Shown: positions 37,736 to 52,193 of the stretch, piece by piece | How positions within the stretch are numbered: the first letter of the stretch is position 1 | Layout of the letters: each line of letters opens with the position of its first letter | From: Octopus sinensis | Taxonomy: Eukaryota | DNA length: 64,000 nt | Direction: 5' to 3' | Assembly (NCBI RefSeq): GCF_006345805.1 | Contig: NC_043008.1 | Location: 51,212,001 to 51,276,000 of the forward strand | Program-made: the position numbers and the translations under genes | Notes under the pieces: generated by a model | Databases searched by the model: none | The model's input: the letters and a program-made list of their open reading frames with translations, nothing else | What the model was told of the DNA's origin: nothing

Positions 37736-37955
37736 ATATGCGTGTGTGTCTGTATTTGTCCCCCTAGTATTGCTTGACAACCGATGCTGGTGTGTTTATA
37801 TCCCCTTAACTTAGCGGTTCGGCAAAAGAGACCGATAGAATGAGTACTGGGCTTACAAAAAGAATAAGTCCCAGGGTCGAGTTGCTCGATTAAAGGCGGT
37901 ACTCCAGCATGGCCGCAGTCAAATGACTGAAACAAGTAAAAGAGTAAAGAGAGTA
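37566..37955 (+). mobile_element. SINE family A with a small internal deletion
   Basis: Matches the reference copy. Confidence 0.9.
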
Positions 37956-38446
37956 TATATCATGTGTGTGTGTATGTATGTGTGTATGTGTGTGTCTGAC
38001 TTTCTATTTAACTCTATCTGTTTCTCTTTCCCAGTCTGTCTGTCTGTCTACACTGACACACGCACACACACAGTGGCACATGCACAATCAGAAAGCAACT
38101 AACAGAAAAAGAGAAGCCGCATATATCCACCACCGCTGCCGCCACTCCACCCCCCGCCCACCCACCTCCTGACAACATCTGGTACAGACTGCTCAACACA
38201 GTTTCCTAACCACGCCCACCACCACTAACAACAACACTCCCACAATCAATAACACCACCACCATCAACAACAAAAACTATACCAGCAACACCATCACTAC
38301 TACCACCATAGTCATTAGTATACCTTTACCATGTTAGTATACCGTTACCATGGCAACCAGCACTTACCCACTACTATTTTTCTACCTGTAGTTTCCATCG
38401 CTACTATAACAGTTTGTATGCACACACACACACACACATATGTATA

Positions 38447-38840
38447 TACCCTTTTACTCTTTACTCTTTTACTTGTTTCAGTCATTTGACTGTGGCCATG
38501 TTGAAGCACTGCCTTTAGTCGAGCAAATCGACCCCGGGACTATTCTTTGTAAGCCCAGTACTTATTCTATCGGTCTCTTTTGCCGAACCGCTAAGTTGCG
38601 GGGATGTAAACACACCAGCATCGGTTGTCAAGCAATGCTAGGGGGACAAACACAGACACACAAACATATGTATATACACATATATACGATGGGCTTCTTT
38701 CAGTTTCCGTCTACCAAATCCACTCACAAGGCTTTGGTCAGCCCGAAGCTATAGTAGAAAACACTTGCCCAAGATGCCACGCAGTGGGACTGAACCCAGA
38801 ACCATGTGGTTGGTAAGCAAGCTACTTACCACACAGCCAC
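38447..38840 (-). mobile_element. SINE family A
   Basis: Matches the reference copy in reverse. Confidence 0.9.
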
Positions 38841-38845
38841 ATAAC

Positions 38846-39095
38846 CAAAATAAGCAACAAGGATATACAGGAGTAATGCAGCACAATCGTTTCACGCAAC
38901 TCAATTTAATTGAATAATGCAACCAATGTTCAATAAAATGGAGTTGCATGAAACGATCGTGCTGCATTACCTCTGGATATCCTTTTTGCTTATTTTGATT
39001 CTGATCACGTCATTTTGAAATTGTATGGATAATACTGTACAAAATTCTGGTGCCTCATCTTAAGTATCATATTCATCTGAATCTAAATTTTTACC
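38846..39095. mobile_element. Fold-back repeat (~73-bp imperfect arms) plus tail; family also at 44064-44448
   Basis: Arms 38846-38918 and 38925-38997; 38990-39095 matches the reverse complement of 44325-44430. Confidence 0.75.
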
Positions 39096-39239
39096 AAATC
39101 CTCTTTGTTCAGTGTGCAGGGAAAGACACTTGCCCATGCAGGGACTGAACCGGAAACTGTATGGCTGGGATGCAAGCATTTTAACCACACACAGACACAT
39201 GTGTGTGTGTGTAAATATATATATATATATATGTATATA

Positions 39240-39662
39240 TCATTATCATAATTTTAATACATATATATATATATACACACACTCACACACATATATATAT
39301 ATACACACACCACACATATATACACACACAACACATATATACACACACACACACATATATATATATAACACACACACACACACATATATATACACACACC
39401 ACACACACATATATATATATACACACACACCATATATATATACACACACCACATATATATATATACACACACACATATATATACACACACACACATACAC
39501 ATATATATATACACACACACACACATATATATACACACACACACACACATATATATATATACACCACACACACACACATATATATACACACACACACATA
39601 TATATACCACACACACACACACATATATATACACACACACACACACACATATACGCACACAC

Positions 39663-39705
<43 letters not shown>

Positions 39706-39735
39706 CACACACACACATATATATACACACATACA
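39240..39735. repeat. Compound (CA)n(TA)n higher-order microsatellite
   Basis: Direct reading. Confidence 0.95.
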
Positions 39736-40117
39736 TATAATCTTCCAATGAAAGGTCAGAGAGAATGAAACTTGACTGATCTCTGCTGCAACCAAACGTC
39801 CATGTGGTAACATGTGGTACAATCAGCAGTATTTAGTCACGCACGTCTGAATAATTAAACACCCAGACCAGGATATTCGGGTGGTGCCAACAGCTGCTAT
39901 TGACTATAAAATATATAATTGAATTATGAGACTCAAGCCTAACAATCCGTATCAAATTATTCAGTCAATTTTACTAGAAAATTACCTTGTATATGATACA
40001 AATACACTAAAAACACACATGTCTGTGTGTTTGTTGTGTGTATATATATATATATATATATGTGTATATATATATATATGTGTGTGTGTGTATATATATA
40101 AATGTGTGTGTGTTTCC

Positions 40118-40432
40118 GTGCCTGTGGCACGTAAAAAGCACCATCCGAATCGTGGCCGAAGCCAGTGCTGCCTTGACTGGCTTCTGTGCCGGTGGCACGT
40201 AAAATGTACCAATCCGACCGTGGCCATTGCCAGCCTCGCCTGGCACCTGTGCAGGTGGCACGTAAAAAGCACCCACTACACTCACGGAGTGGTTGGCGTT
40301 AGGAAGGGCATCCAGCTGTAGAAACATTGCCAGATAAGACTGGAGCCTGGTGCAGCCTTCTGGCTTCCCAGATCCCCGGTCGAACCGTCCAACCCATGCT
40401 AGCATGGAGAACGGACGTTAAACGATGATGAT
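40118..40432 (+). mobile_element. RTE 3'-end fragment
   Basis: Same 3' end, three ggcacgtaaaa modules. Confidence 0.85.
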
Positions 40433-40621
40433 ATATATATGTATGTATAACTCTTTCTACTGTAGGCACAAAGCCTGAAATTTTAGTGAAGAAATTAAGT
40501 CGATTACATTGATCCCAGTGTGTAACTGGTACTTATTTCATCAACCCTGAAAAGATTATAAACAAAGTCGACTTCTGCAAAATTTGAACTCAGAACGTAG
40601 TGACAGACTATGTTCTTAGTT

Positions 40622-40666
<45 letters not shown>

Positions 40667-41689
40667 AATAATCAGAAAATGGATAAAACCGCAGATCAAA
40701 CAAGCACATCAATTGGACCACATCTTTGACTTATTTTTGATACAAAACATAACATAACATTTATGTGACATAAATATTACGGCCGTTTCCGCATCCGGTG
40801 CCAATCAATGTTTACAAATAATTGTGAAAATAAAATTCTTCATCTTCATAGGACATTTGAATCAGGGCATGGTGCTTCCTCAGAGTGAAACAAAAGCGTC
40901 CAAAATAAACAAAAAAAGAAGGAATAGGAAAGAAAACATGGCCTACAAAAGAAGCGCAGAAGCCCAAAATATTAAAAGCATATAATCTACCATCTTAGGG
41001 CTACTTCATAGATTATATGCTCGGTAGATCAAATGCAAAGTTGACCTTGTTAGGATGACAGCTCAGCCTCACTAATCCCAACCTCCACTATCATTAAATG
41101 TCTTTCATCAAGCACAATGCCAGCCCCTTTGCTCCCCCATCCCCTCCTGTAACTTACCTAACATCATCGCTCTTTTGTCTTTCACCTGTCTACTGTTTCC
41201 AACATTCCTTTTCTGTTGTTCAGCATTGCCAGCCATCACCTACTTTCCCCTTTCAATTGCTTTTTAGCTGAACTCAATCACTTCTGCCTTCTCTTCTATA
41301 ATGCGAGAATCCAGTTCTGCACTGGCTCCTTCCCTCATACTTTAACCCCTCTTTCGTCTCTCATCTAGCATAAAGTTACCCTCCTCTAGAGTTCACAATC
41401 CTGTAAACTGCATGAAAGCCTCACAGGTGCTGGTAGCATGAAAAATGCAGACATTGCACTCTGTAAAGTGGTTGGTGCTAGGAGGGTCATCTAGCTGTAG
41501 AAACCATGGTGCACCATGCAGTCCTTCAACCCACTAGGTCCTGTCAAACTGCCCTACCCATACCAGCATGAAACATGGACATTGAATGATGATGATTATA
41601 ATAATCACAGAGATTACAAAGTAAATACTACAAGATCACTTGTCCTCTAATGGCTCTTATTAAAGATATACAGATTATAAGAGAGTACA

Positions 41690-42500
41690 ATCTACTGAAG
41701 GTGATCAAATTACTTTGGCATTGAAAATTTGATTTGGCAATTTTTGTGAAAGGAATGGTTCCATTACTGGATTGCAGAAGCATGAACACAAACAAGAGTT
41801 TTGGTAAACCTAAAATATTTCACATCAACTGATGGATGGCATAACAGGTATGAATAGTGTAAGAATATTGTGTTGTGTATATAGTCAGAGCAAAAAAAGA
41901 AAAATGTTGGTGATTTTTGTATCAGCTCAAAGTGAAGATTAATTCAGAAAATGGCAAAGCAAAAAGAAAAACAGAAATATTGGTGAATATTCTCTGGAGA
42001 ATATTTACAATGCAAATGAAACAGGGTTTTATATTTCTGCTTTGTTTAAAAATGAAAAATGCTGAAGGATTTTAATCTTCAAAAAAGGCAAGTTATAATA
42101 TGGATTTTTTTCTTTTTTTGGCGTTAATATGAAGAGATAGGAAGAAGAGCTTCTAGTGATTGGACAAAGATTAAATCCTTGGTGATTTAGAGGTGTCAGA
42201 ATTTTATCTGTTTATTACTGTGTTCATGCAAATGCATGGATGATTGTGGTTCTTTTTAAAAAATGGTTACTTAAGTGAGATTTGGAATTAAAGTGAGAAA
42301 GCTAGTGCCGTTAGTTAACAATTGTGTGACGCGCAAGAAATACGTTGTCTTTTAAAGAACATCCAAATTAATGTCTTGCCTTGAGATACTACATCATTAA
42401 TTCAACTATGTGACTGTGGAATCTTAACGAGCTTTCAAGGCTTATTACTGAAGAGAAATTTGTACAAAAATTTTTAACGAAACTCAATGATTATTCAAAG
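41690..42500 (+). mobile_element. Fossil pogo/Tigger transposase
   Basis: YSLENIYNANETG (41988-), LLVIG..FRGV..NAWM..LFKKWL..LVNNC..NIQINVLP*DTTSLIQLCDCGI; CENP-B/DDE_1-like; TIRs not seen. Confidence 0.7.
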
Positions 42501-43454
42501 TTAATCTGATGCAAATACTGTTTCCGAACAGATCTTTCTTTCTATGATGCCCTGCATATTCCAGCAACATCATGGATGGAAGTCTGAGAGAGGATAACAA
42601 GAAATTGGAGAAAAAGAGATCGGTTTTTGAAACTCAGCACAGAAATTCTTGTAAATAAGTCATTTTCTGTCTTGCAAGTTACTTGGCAACTTCACTATTG
42701 CTGGTGCCACAAAAGAAAGAAAAGAAAACACCCAGGACACACTGTAATGTGGTTGGCATCAGGGAGAGCATCCAGCTGTAGAAACTATGCTGAAGCTGAC
42801 ACTGAAGCTTGACAAAATCTTGCTAGATAATTTTTTAATTTTATTGTAATGACACACACATATACAGTTTACAGATCCAATATACATAGAATCAACAAAA
42901 AAAATGTCCTCCATCCACTGAGAGATTAATATCAATTTCAATACACAACTATAAGAGCTACTAATAGTTTAAGGCTTCTATGATACTTTAACTAGGTATA
43001 TTTGTAGACTTCACCATGTACCTACAAACAGGTTCTGTTTATGCATTATATATATTTTAAAAACAAAGATGCTAGACAATGAGAAAATAAGAAAAAATGA
43101 GAAGAAAAACGCGAAGACGGTTGACATAAAAAATGGAATGAGAAAAAAGAAATGAAATCAAGAAAACTCAGATTCCCATCTTCTCTGATCGTAGAAACCA
43201 CAATTAATACAGCTGGTATCGAACAAGAGACAGAAAAGATATGAAGGTCTGTATATGTGTTAATGTTTGTAAGGAATATTCAATTCTTTCTGTAGAATAA
43301 ATATTAATTGTTCTTTTACAGGAATACTGTTGACAGCAAGCTTAACCTTCATCAGTCAGCTGTCCTGCAGTCAACACTATTCTTGTAAAAGAACAATGAG
43401 ACGACACACACACACACATATATATATAAATGATTTGCAAATACCTAATAATAT

Positions 43455-43745
43455 ATCATTGTTTAACATCCGATCTCCATGCTAGCATGGGTTGAACGGT
43501 TCGACCGGGGATCTGGGAAGCCAGAAGGCTGCACCAGGCTCCAGTCTTATCTGGCAGTGTTTCTACAGCTGGATGCCCTTCCTAATGCCAACCACTCCGT
43601 GAGTGTAGTGGGTGCTTTTTACGTGCCACCTGCACAGGTGCCAGGTGAGGCTGGCAACGGCCACGGTCGGATTGGTGCATTTTACGTGCCACCGGCACGG
43701 AAGCCGGTCGAGGCAACGCTGGCATCGGCCACAATTTGGATAGCA
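43455..43745 (-). mobile_element. RTE 3'-end fragment
   Basis: Near-identical to 40118-40432 in reverse. Confidence 0.85.
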
Positions 43746-43994
43746 CCTTTAACAACTGATAATTCAAGTGGGAAAATTATCAGAGAAGCCACTCCTATTC
43801 CTTTTGCATTTGGAAGGGCGTCCAGCAATAAAAACCTTACCATCTCAACCCAAATCGTCCAACGAACAGGAACGTGAAACTCTGAGTAACAGTTTTTGTT
43901 ATGTCTTTGCAGCTTTATTAATAAAGCATATTATTCTATCTCCAGTATTCTAGGACTGTTTCTACCACCTTGTTTCACATACAGACACACACAC

Positions 43995-44047
<53 letters not shown>

Positions 44048-44063
44048 ATATATGTATATATAT

Positions 44064-44287
44064 CAAAATAAGCAACAGACTATCCAGAGGTGATGCAGTA
44101 CGACCGTTTCAAGTGGTTCCATTTAATTGAACATTACAATTATTACATCAACTTAAAAGCAGACCTATCCTCAGCTGAATAAATAAAGAAATAGAATTAA
44201 TTTAATCAGTCAGACACATTTGTATAATTTTACTTTAATCCTCTAAATGGGTAAGAAGACAAAGTCCATGCTGTTTTCACTTCATTG

Positions 44288-44323
<36 letters not shown>

Positions 44324-44448
44324 TTCATTAAAATTTAGATTCAGATGAATATGGTACTTAAGTTAAAGGCACCAGAATTTAGTATGGTATTTTCCATATA
44401 ATTCAAAATGGGGTGATTATAATCAAAATATCCTTGTTGCTTATTTTG
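44064..44448. mobile_element. (TA)n-flanked element with inverted termini caaaataagcaaca.. / ..tgttgcttattttg
   Basis: Homologous to 38846-39095. Confidence 0.7.
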
Positions 44449-44469
44449 ATATATATATATATATATATG

Positions 44470-44685
44470 TTTCTACTCTAGGCACAAGGCTCGAAATTTT
44501 GGGGGAGGGTGCCAGTCGATTAGATCAACTCCAGTACACAACTGGTATATAATTCATCACCCCCGAAAAGATGAAAGGAAAAGTTGAACACGGCAGAATT
44601 TGAACTCAGAATATAAAGACAGATGAAATACTGCTAAGCATTTCACCTGGTGTGCTAACGTTTCTGCCAGCTCACTGCCTTTATA
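44470..44685 (-). mobile_element. SINE family B, tail type 2
   Basis: Reverse match. Confidence 0.85.
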
Positions 44686-45259
44686 TTTATATATAGGCAA
44701 AAGGAGACAGACAGCCAGGTAGAAAGACAGACAGACAGAGCGAGAAGAGAGACAAATAGCAAAATGGTGTATAAATAGGTATGTAATATTCTAAAGTCAA
44801 CAAACTACTGAATTAGCACAAGTCACACACACACCACACATATACAATACACTGCACTCATACACATGTATGCATACAACACGCATGCACACAAACGTGC
44901 ACATGCGCTGCAGCATATTGTAATGTCGTCGAAAGAAGGAGACTCCTCGTTTAATGATGTCTGTCAGGTTTCCAAGGCAGCTAGTCAGGTGTCAAACTAT
45001 AAATGTCACATCACAAAGGTGCCATGGTGCACCGGTGCAGTGGTGCGTGGTGTATAGTGCAGGGGGTACATGTGGTACTGTTAATTGTAGATAGACAGCA
45101 GCAGCAGTAGCAGTAGAGACGGCGACGGGGTGGTGGGGGGTCGGGTTGGCAGACAAATGAGAGACTAGAATGCGTGTTAATGTCAATGTCTCACTGTGCA
45201 GTTCAGTGCATCAGTTGGAACAGGCTGTGTGCAGCAGTCGCTGAGTAAATATATATGCA

Positions 45260-45545
45260 TGCATGTGGATGGATGGTTGGTTGGATGGATGGATGAGCAG
45301 GTGGATGGGTGAGTGGATGGATGGATGGGGAGCAGATGGATGGATGGATGGATGGATGGATGGGCAGGTGGATGGATGGATGAAGGGAGTGAGGGAAGAG
45401 TGGATGGATGGGCAGGTGGATGGATGGGCAGGTGGATGGAGGGAAGGATGGGTGGAAAGGTAGATGGATGGTTGGGTGGGTGGATGGAGGGATGAGTAGA
45501 TGGATGGGCAGGTGGATGGGTGGATGGATGGATGGATGGATGCGT
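45260..45545. repeat. (GGAT/GGGT)n tetranucleotide array
   Basis: Direct reading. Confidence 0.9.
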
Positions 45546-45832
45546 GTATGTATAAGTATAATGATTGCTGGATGTGTGTATGGATGGATAGATATGTATA
45601 TACATGAATGCTTGTGTGTGTATATATATATTTATATATATAAATATTAAATGAATATATACATATATATATATAATTATATATATATATATATGGATGG
45701 ATAAAAAGAGTATATATGTAGTAGGTAGAGAGGTAAGTAGGTAAATACATATGTATGTATATATATGTGTGTGTTATATATGTATTATGTATGTGTATGT
45801 GTGTATGTATATACACATATATATATATACAT

Positions 45833-45875
<43 letters not shown>

Positions 45876-45878
<3 letters not shown>

Positions 45879-47146
45879 TGCGATGGGTAAATTGTTGCCA
45901 TCCTATATTTTTAATTCCATACATGTGTATTGGTTGTTTTTGATTTTGTCAACTACACAGAATATTAGGGTCAGTTGGGGACCACCTGAGAGAAAAACAG
46001 TACCACAATGCAATTCACTCTGCCAGAAATTTGGAAATGACATGCTGTGCTGCTTGATATTCGCGCCGGAAGCTCCAATACGAACATTTCAGAGTGTTTG
46101 GGTGTCAATCTGAGGTCAGTACAGAGGGTTTGGAAAAAGTTGGATGAGTCTAATGGTGATTAGGAAGTTACGGCAGCTCGGAAAACTCATTCTAATCATT
46201 CTGATAAGGAAAGAACTCCTGAATTTGTTGGTGAAATCCAGGCCATGATTGGAAACGATCCCTCCAAGTTAATCAGGTCCATCGACAGGGAGATGGAAGT
46301 GTCTGAGTTTCTTATCAAGCAAGTAGTGCACGAAGACATTTGGTATTTCTCATACAAGATGACAAAAGGGCCAATTTTTACCTCAAGCCATCAAGGACAA
46401 GAGTAAAAACTGTGCAATGAAGCATTTGAACAAACTCAAGCCTCCCCTCCAACTGAACATGCTTTGACTATTTTCAGACAAGAAAAAACTCTGCCAGGAT
46501 CAGATGGTGTACCCACAGAACAACCGTTGGCTTGCAGTGTCCCCAATACATGTACTGAGAGGGATAAAAATGAAACCTCTAGTTAACATCATGGTGTTTG
46601 GAATGATCACGAGTGATGGTGACAATATGCTTCCATTCATCTTCCCACATGACCTCAGACTCAACATGGAGGAGGTTGTGCTGCTCTGGGTAAAGAACAT
46701 GGCTGCTGGAAGACCCCTATTTCTGGTAATAGGATTCTGCATGATGCCACACAAACAGGAGAACCCAGCCGTGGCTGTCAGACAATTTCTGTGACCACAT
46801 CACCTCTAACATCTGGCCACTTAACTCCCCAGGTTGTGACCCCCTTGATTATTTTGTCTGGGGCGCAGTTGAGCGAGAGACCAACAAAACTCCTTGCAAC
46901 ACTAAAGATAAACTGAAGGCAAGGATTATGGCAGCATTGACCAACTTAAACAAAGAGACCATCCAGAAGAGTTGCAGGAGATTCCAAAGTCATCTGGGGA
47001 CTGTGGTTGAAGCCAATGGCGATTTTATTGTATAAATTTACTCCTTAGTATTTCAAGATATTTTTATGTAATTTTGGCAGATATATCTGTTAAAATGAGA
47101 TGTCAGTGTTATTCTCATTTTTGTGTAATTTAGACGACACACCCTC
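45876..47146 (+). mobile_element. Fossil DD37D (maT) transposon, same family as 13825-15092
   Basis: Colinear ends and transposase remnants (NIMVFGMITSDG, PLDYFVWGAVERETNK); TA flanks. Confidence 0.9.
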
Positions 47147-47419
47147 TATATATGTAAATACAAAAATAGTACATATCTGTATGTATTTTACGCAAAGGTA
47201 TGTGTAGGGAAAGTAAGAATAAAAAGAAATGCTGACAGTAAACATGTACATTTGTGTGCATGCAGTGCTACATTCAGACATGCAGAAGTTTGCTCTTCAA
47301 CTACATGGTTCTGGGCTCATTCCACCTGTGTGGTACCCTGGACACCTGTCTTCTACAATTCCCTCAAGTCAACAAAAGCGTTGTGAGTGGATTTGATAGG
47401 TAGAAACCAAAAGAAGCCT

Positions 47420-47509
<90 letters not shown>

Positions 47510-47511
<2 letters not shown>

Positions 47512-47723
47512 TCTTTACTCTTTTTACTTGTTTCAGTCATTTGACTGCGGCCATGCTGGAGCACCGCCTTTAGTTGAGCAAATCGACCCTGGGACTTATT
47601 CTTGGTAAGCCCACTACTTATTCTATCGGTCTCTTTTTTGCCGAACCGCTAAGTGACGGGGATAAAAACACCCAGCATTGGTGTCAAGCAATGCTAGGAG
47701 GACAAACACAGACACAAAAACAA

Positions 47724-47783
<60 letters not shown>

Positions 47784-47956
47784 TACATATATATGACAGG
47801 CTTCTTTCAGTTTCCGTCTACTAAATCCACTCACAAGGCATTGGTCGGCCCGGGGCTATAGCAGAAGACACTTGCCCAAGATGCCATGCAGTGGGACTGA
47901 ACCCGGAATCATGTGGTTGGTTAGCAAGCTACTTACCACACAGCCACTCCTGTGCC

Positions 47957-48003
<47 letters not shown>

Positions 48004-48640
48004 ATTTATATATGTGCGTGTGTGTCCTTTTGTGTCACAGTATGTCTCTCATGGCTGCTTGACAACCGGTGTTGGTGTGTTAACATCCACGTTACCTAAC
48101 AGTTTGGTAAAAGATGGCAATAGAGTAAATACCTGGCTTAAAATGATTTAAGTACAGGGGTCAACTCATTCTTCTAAAATCTCTTCAAGATGGTGCCCCA
48201 GCATGGCCACAGTCTAATGAGTGAAATATGTAAACGATAGAAGGTATATACAGGTGCTGGTGTGGCTGTGTGGTAAGAAGCTTGCTTACCAACCACATGG
48301 TTCTGAGTTCAGTTGCACTGTGTGGCACCTTGAGCTGGCATCTACTATAGACTCAGGTTGACCAAAGCCTTGTGAGTGAATTTGGTAGATGGAAAGTGAA
48401 AGAAACCCATCATATATATGTATATGTATGTGTTTGTGTGTCTGTGTTTGTCTCCCTAGCATTGCTTGACAACCGATGCTGGTGTGTTTATGACCCCGTT
48501 ACTTAGCGGTTCGGCAAAAAGACCGATAGAATAAGTACTGGGCTTACAGAAGAATAAGTCCCAGGGTCGAGTTGCTCGATTAAAGGCGGTGCTCCAGCAT
48601 GGCCACAGTCAAATGACTGAAACAAGTAAAAGAGTAAAAG

Positions 48641-48642
<2 letters not shown>
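47510..48642. mobile_element. SINE family A cluster: 47510-47956 (-), 3' fragment ~48020-48240 (+), 48252-48642 (+)
   Basis: Matches to the reference copy. Confidence 0.85.
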
Positions 48643-48694
<52 letters not shown>

Positions 48695-49464
48695 GCACAT
48701 ACACTCACATATGCATGAGTGTATATATTATGTAAGTATATACTTGTGTACATGTAACTATATCTAAAAATAGTCAGACAAAAATGGATAAATAAAGTGA
48801 AAGAGGGGGAGAGAGAGAGATGAGAAAAGAGAAAGAGAATTTGAGAGTGAGAAAGAGAAACTGCTTTGCTTTCATTAAGTAGTTTCTCCATTCATCTATG
48901 CCAGGTCATCTATTTTCAGGTATTTATGTGTCGACACCAATAAAATATTGGTTACTACCAATAATAGTTAATAAGTATATGAGATCTATATACATACATA
49001 CATACATATATATATATCTATATAAATATATATATATACACATATATATATATCTATATAAATATATATATATACACACACACACACACATATATATATC
49101 TATATAAATATATATATATATATACACACATATATATATATATCTATATAAATATATATATATATATATACACACATATATATATATATCTATATAAATA
49201 TATATATATATATATACACACATATATATATAATTATATAAATATATATATATATATTACACACATATATAATATATAACACACACATATATATATATAT
49301 TATAAATATTATATTACACACATACACATATATATATATACACATTATATATATCTATATAAATATATATATACACACATACACATATATATATATACAC
49401 ATATATATATCTATATATATACACACATACAACATATATATATATATACACATATATATATATC

Positions 49465-49503
<39 letters not shown>

Positions 49504-50192
49504 TTTATCACATACACACACAAACAAATAATGAATTATAAATGGTCGTGATATCGGTGCCAAGGAAATTCCGCAAGTGTCCAGTTTGGAATATTTAGCC
49601 GTGTGTGAGGTCGCACTGGTCTTGTATATATATATATATATATCTCTATATATATATATATATATATAATAGCGGTAATCATATTGTCACTATGACGTAA
49701 ACATCATTCACCAAAATCGATCGCGCCGTCCCCGCCCCCCACCACCACTTCCTGAGCCACTGAATTCTCTCTCTTCTTTCTCCCACTACCTTTCATTTCT
49801 AACTCTCCCCGCATACTATATACTGCGCCTCTCCGAACAGCCACCCACCCATCACACATATACACACAGACATGCATGCACACACACAAACATGCACACA
49901 CACACACTCACATGCGCACACACACACACTCACATGCGCACACACACACACACACTCTCTCTGGCAACCAATTCAGTCACATATCACCTCTCTCTTTTTC
50001 TTTCACTCTCTCTCTCATTTCCCTGTCGGCTGTATCATTATTCCTATTCAGCTGCACTTGGATACACCACCACCATTACCACCGCCACTGCACCCAACCT
50101 CATCCATGCATCATTGGACTCCACCTCGCAAAACCCTTTTCCTTCATTCACTAAATCCACCCCTCAGCACTTATCCATTAATTTTATTCACG

Positions 50193-50228
<36 letters not shown>

Positions 50229-50379
50229 TATGCAAATACACACACACATATATGCATCCACACCCTCTCCTTATTTCTCCGGATCCCATACATTCATGAA
50301 TCCTCTACCCAGCCATATACCCAATTCCATACATTCAGGGTACAAGATATCTAATCCCCACTATTTTTTACCTCTTCCT

Positions 50380-50410
<31 letters not shown>

Positions 50411-50574
50411 ACAACATCATCATTATCATTTAATGTCCATCTTTCATGGAAGCATGCACAGGACAGTTTCTTAGAATCCAATGAAAATAAGACCACGTGG
50501 AGTTCTAGTGTCAGCTTTCGCATGGTTTCTATATCTAGGTGCCCTTCCTAAATCCAACCTCTTATAATAATAAT

Positions 50575-50830
50575 AATAATGAAATTATTGTATACAGTGC
50601 TCAGGTACACCACAACTTTTCAGAAAGTGCGTATAAAGTGTATGCAGTAATGTACAAATGTTTGGGAAGCGAACAGTGTATGAGTCAGATACATGCTTGT
50701 GTGTGTATGGAGGGGAGGAAATCAGGTGTAGTGTTGGCGAATCTCAGAAAGCATGGAAGTTTTGAAGGATGCAGTGCTCCGACAACTAACAACCGATGCT
50801 GGCAGTTTGTTCCATGCTTCAGCAACTCTC
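50575..50830 (-). mobile_element. CR1/L2-type LINE 3' end with (ATT)n tail
   Basis: Minus-strand RVAEAWNKLPASVVSCRSTASFKTSM, typical of the CR1/L2 ORF2 C-terminus. Confidence 0.7.
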
Positions 50831-51431
50831 GGCAACTCTTATGAGGGACAATCCAGATGTACAAACCATGTCAAAGCAATTTCTGCAATGTCTTGTTTTT
50901 CTTTTTACTAACCGAGTATGGGCTAATAATTATCAACGCAAATAATCAAAGAAACTCGTTAAGAATGATAAATTTGCATACTTACCACGGTAATGAGCTG
51001 ACTCAACGCAAGACTAAAACTTATAACAATAGTCTCGTTTACATTTTTAACTGGCCGAATCAATGGGTTGTAGCCATTTTTGTCAAACAGATCACTAACC
51101 AACCGCACCTCGTCTAGGCTACCAAGCCCTGAAATTAGAGCGAAACAAATAAATACATAAATAAATGCAAAATATACAAATAAATAAATGGCACTAAATA
51201 AAGGTTCCCAAAATTAACCCCCTCTGTTGTTCTTTTATTCTTTTACTTGCTTAAGTCATTTGACTGCGGCCATGCTGGAGCACTGCCTTGAAGAAATTGC
51301 CTCCCCCCACCCACAGACTTACACTTAGTAAGCTTTTTATCAGTATGTTTTGCTGAACTGCTAAGTTACGAGGGTATAAACACAACAGAATCAGTTGTAA
51401 AGTGATGGCAGGGGAACAAACACAGACACAC

Positions 51432-51890
51432 ATATCATCAAGAAAGAAAGAGAAAAGGTTGATAGATATGAAGAACTGAGCATTGAGATCGCTAAGATGT
51501 GGCAGCTACAGAAGTGGGACGCAAAGGTTATCCCTATTGTCATCGGAACATTGGGTTCAATACCACCCAACCTGAAAAAAAAAAACATCTGAAAACCTTA
51601 GAGATACCCTACAATCTAGATGTATTGCAAAAGTCGGCATTACTTGGAGCTGCAAGCATATTGTGTAAAATACTGTCTGTCTGAGGTTCTTGTTGCGACT
51701 AGACAAACGGTACAAACTCCCGGTAGACACAATATCTTTAATCAACAATCTCACGATATTGTATGCTGTGCGACGTCTACAATAATAACAATAATAATAA
51801 TAATAACAATAATAATAATAATAATAACAATAATAATAATAATAATAATAACAATAATAATAATAATAATAACAATAATAATAATTTCAC
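51432..51890 (+). mobile_element. R4/Dong/NeSL-like 3' end (restriction-like endonuclease C-terminus, short UTR, (AAT/AAC)n tail)
   Basis: KKEREKVDRYEELSIEIAKMW..VIPIVIGTLG..LQKSALLGAASIL. Confidence 0.8.
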
Positions 51891-51989
51891 TTGTTTGCCA
51901 CCAGGGCAAAGGATAAGGGATCAGTACAGAGACAAAGTGTGAGTGTTTGCACATAACAAAATGATAATATAGAAAAAAAACTATATATA

Positions 51990-52148
51990 AGGAGTGATTG
52001 TGTGGTAAGTAGCTTCCTTCCCAACCATATGGTTCCAGGTTCAGTCCCACAGCATGGCACCTTGGTCAAGTGTCTTCTACTATAGCTTTGGGCCAACCAA
52101 AGCCTTGTGAATGGATTTGGTTGATGGAAACTGAAAGAAGCCCATCGT

Positions 52149-52193
<45 letters not shown>

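Noticed and set aside
50977-50990. ATACTTACC, the U1 snRNA 5' motif
   Set aside because: Only 9 nt; no downstream U1 sequence.
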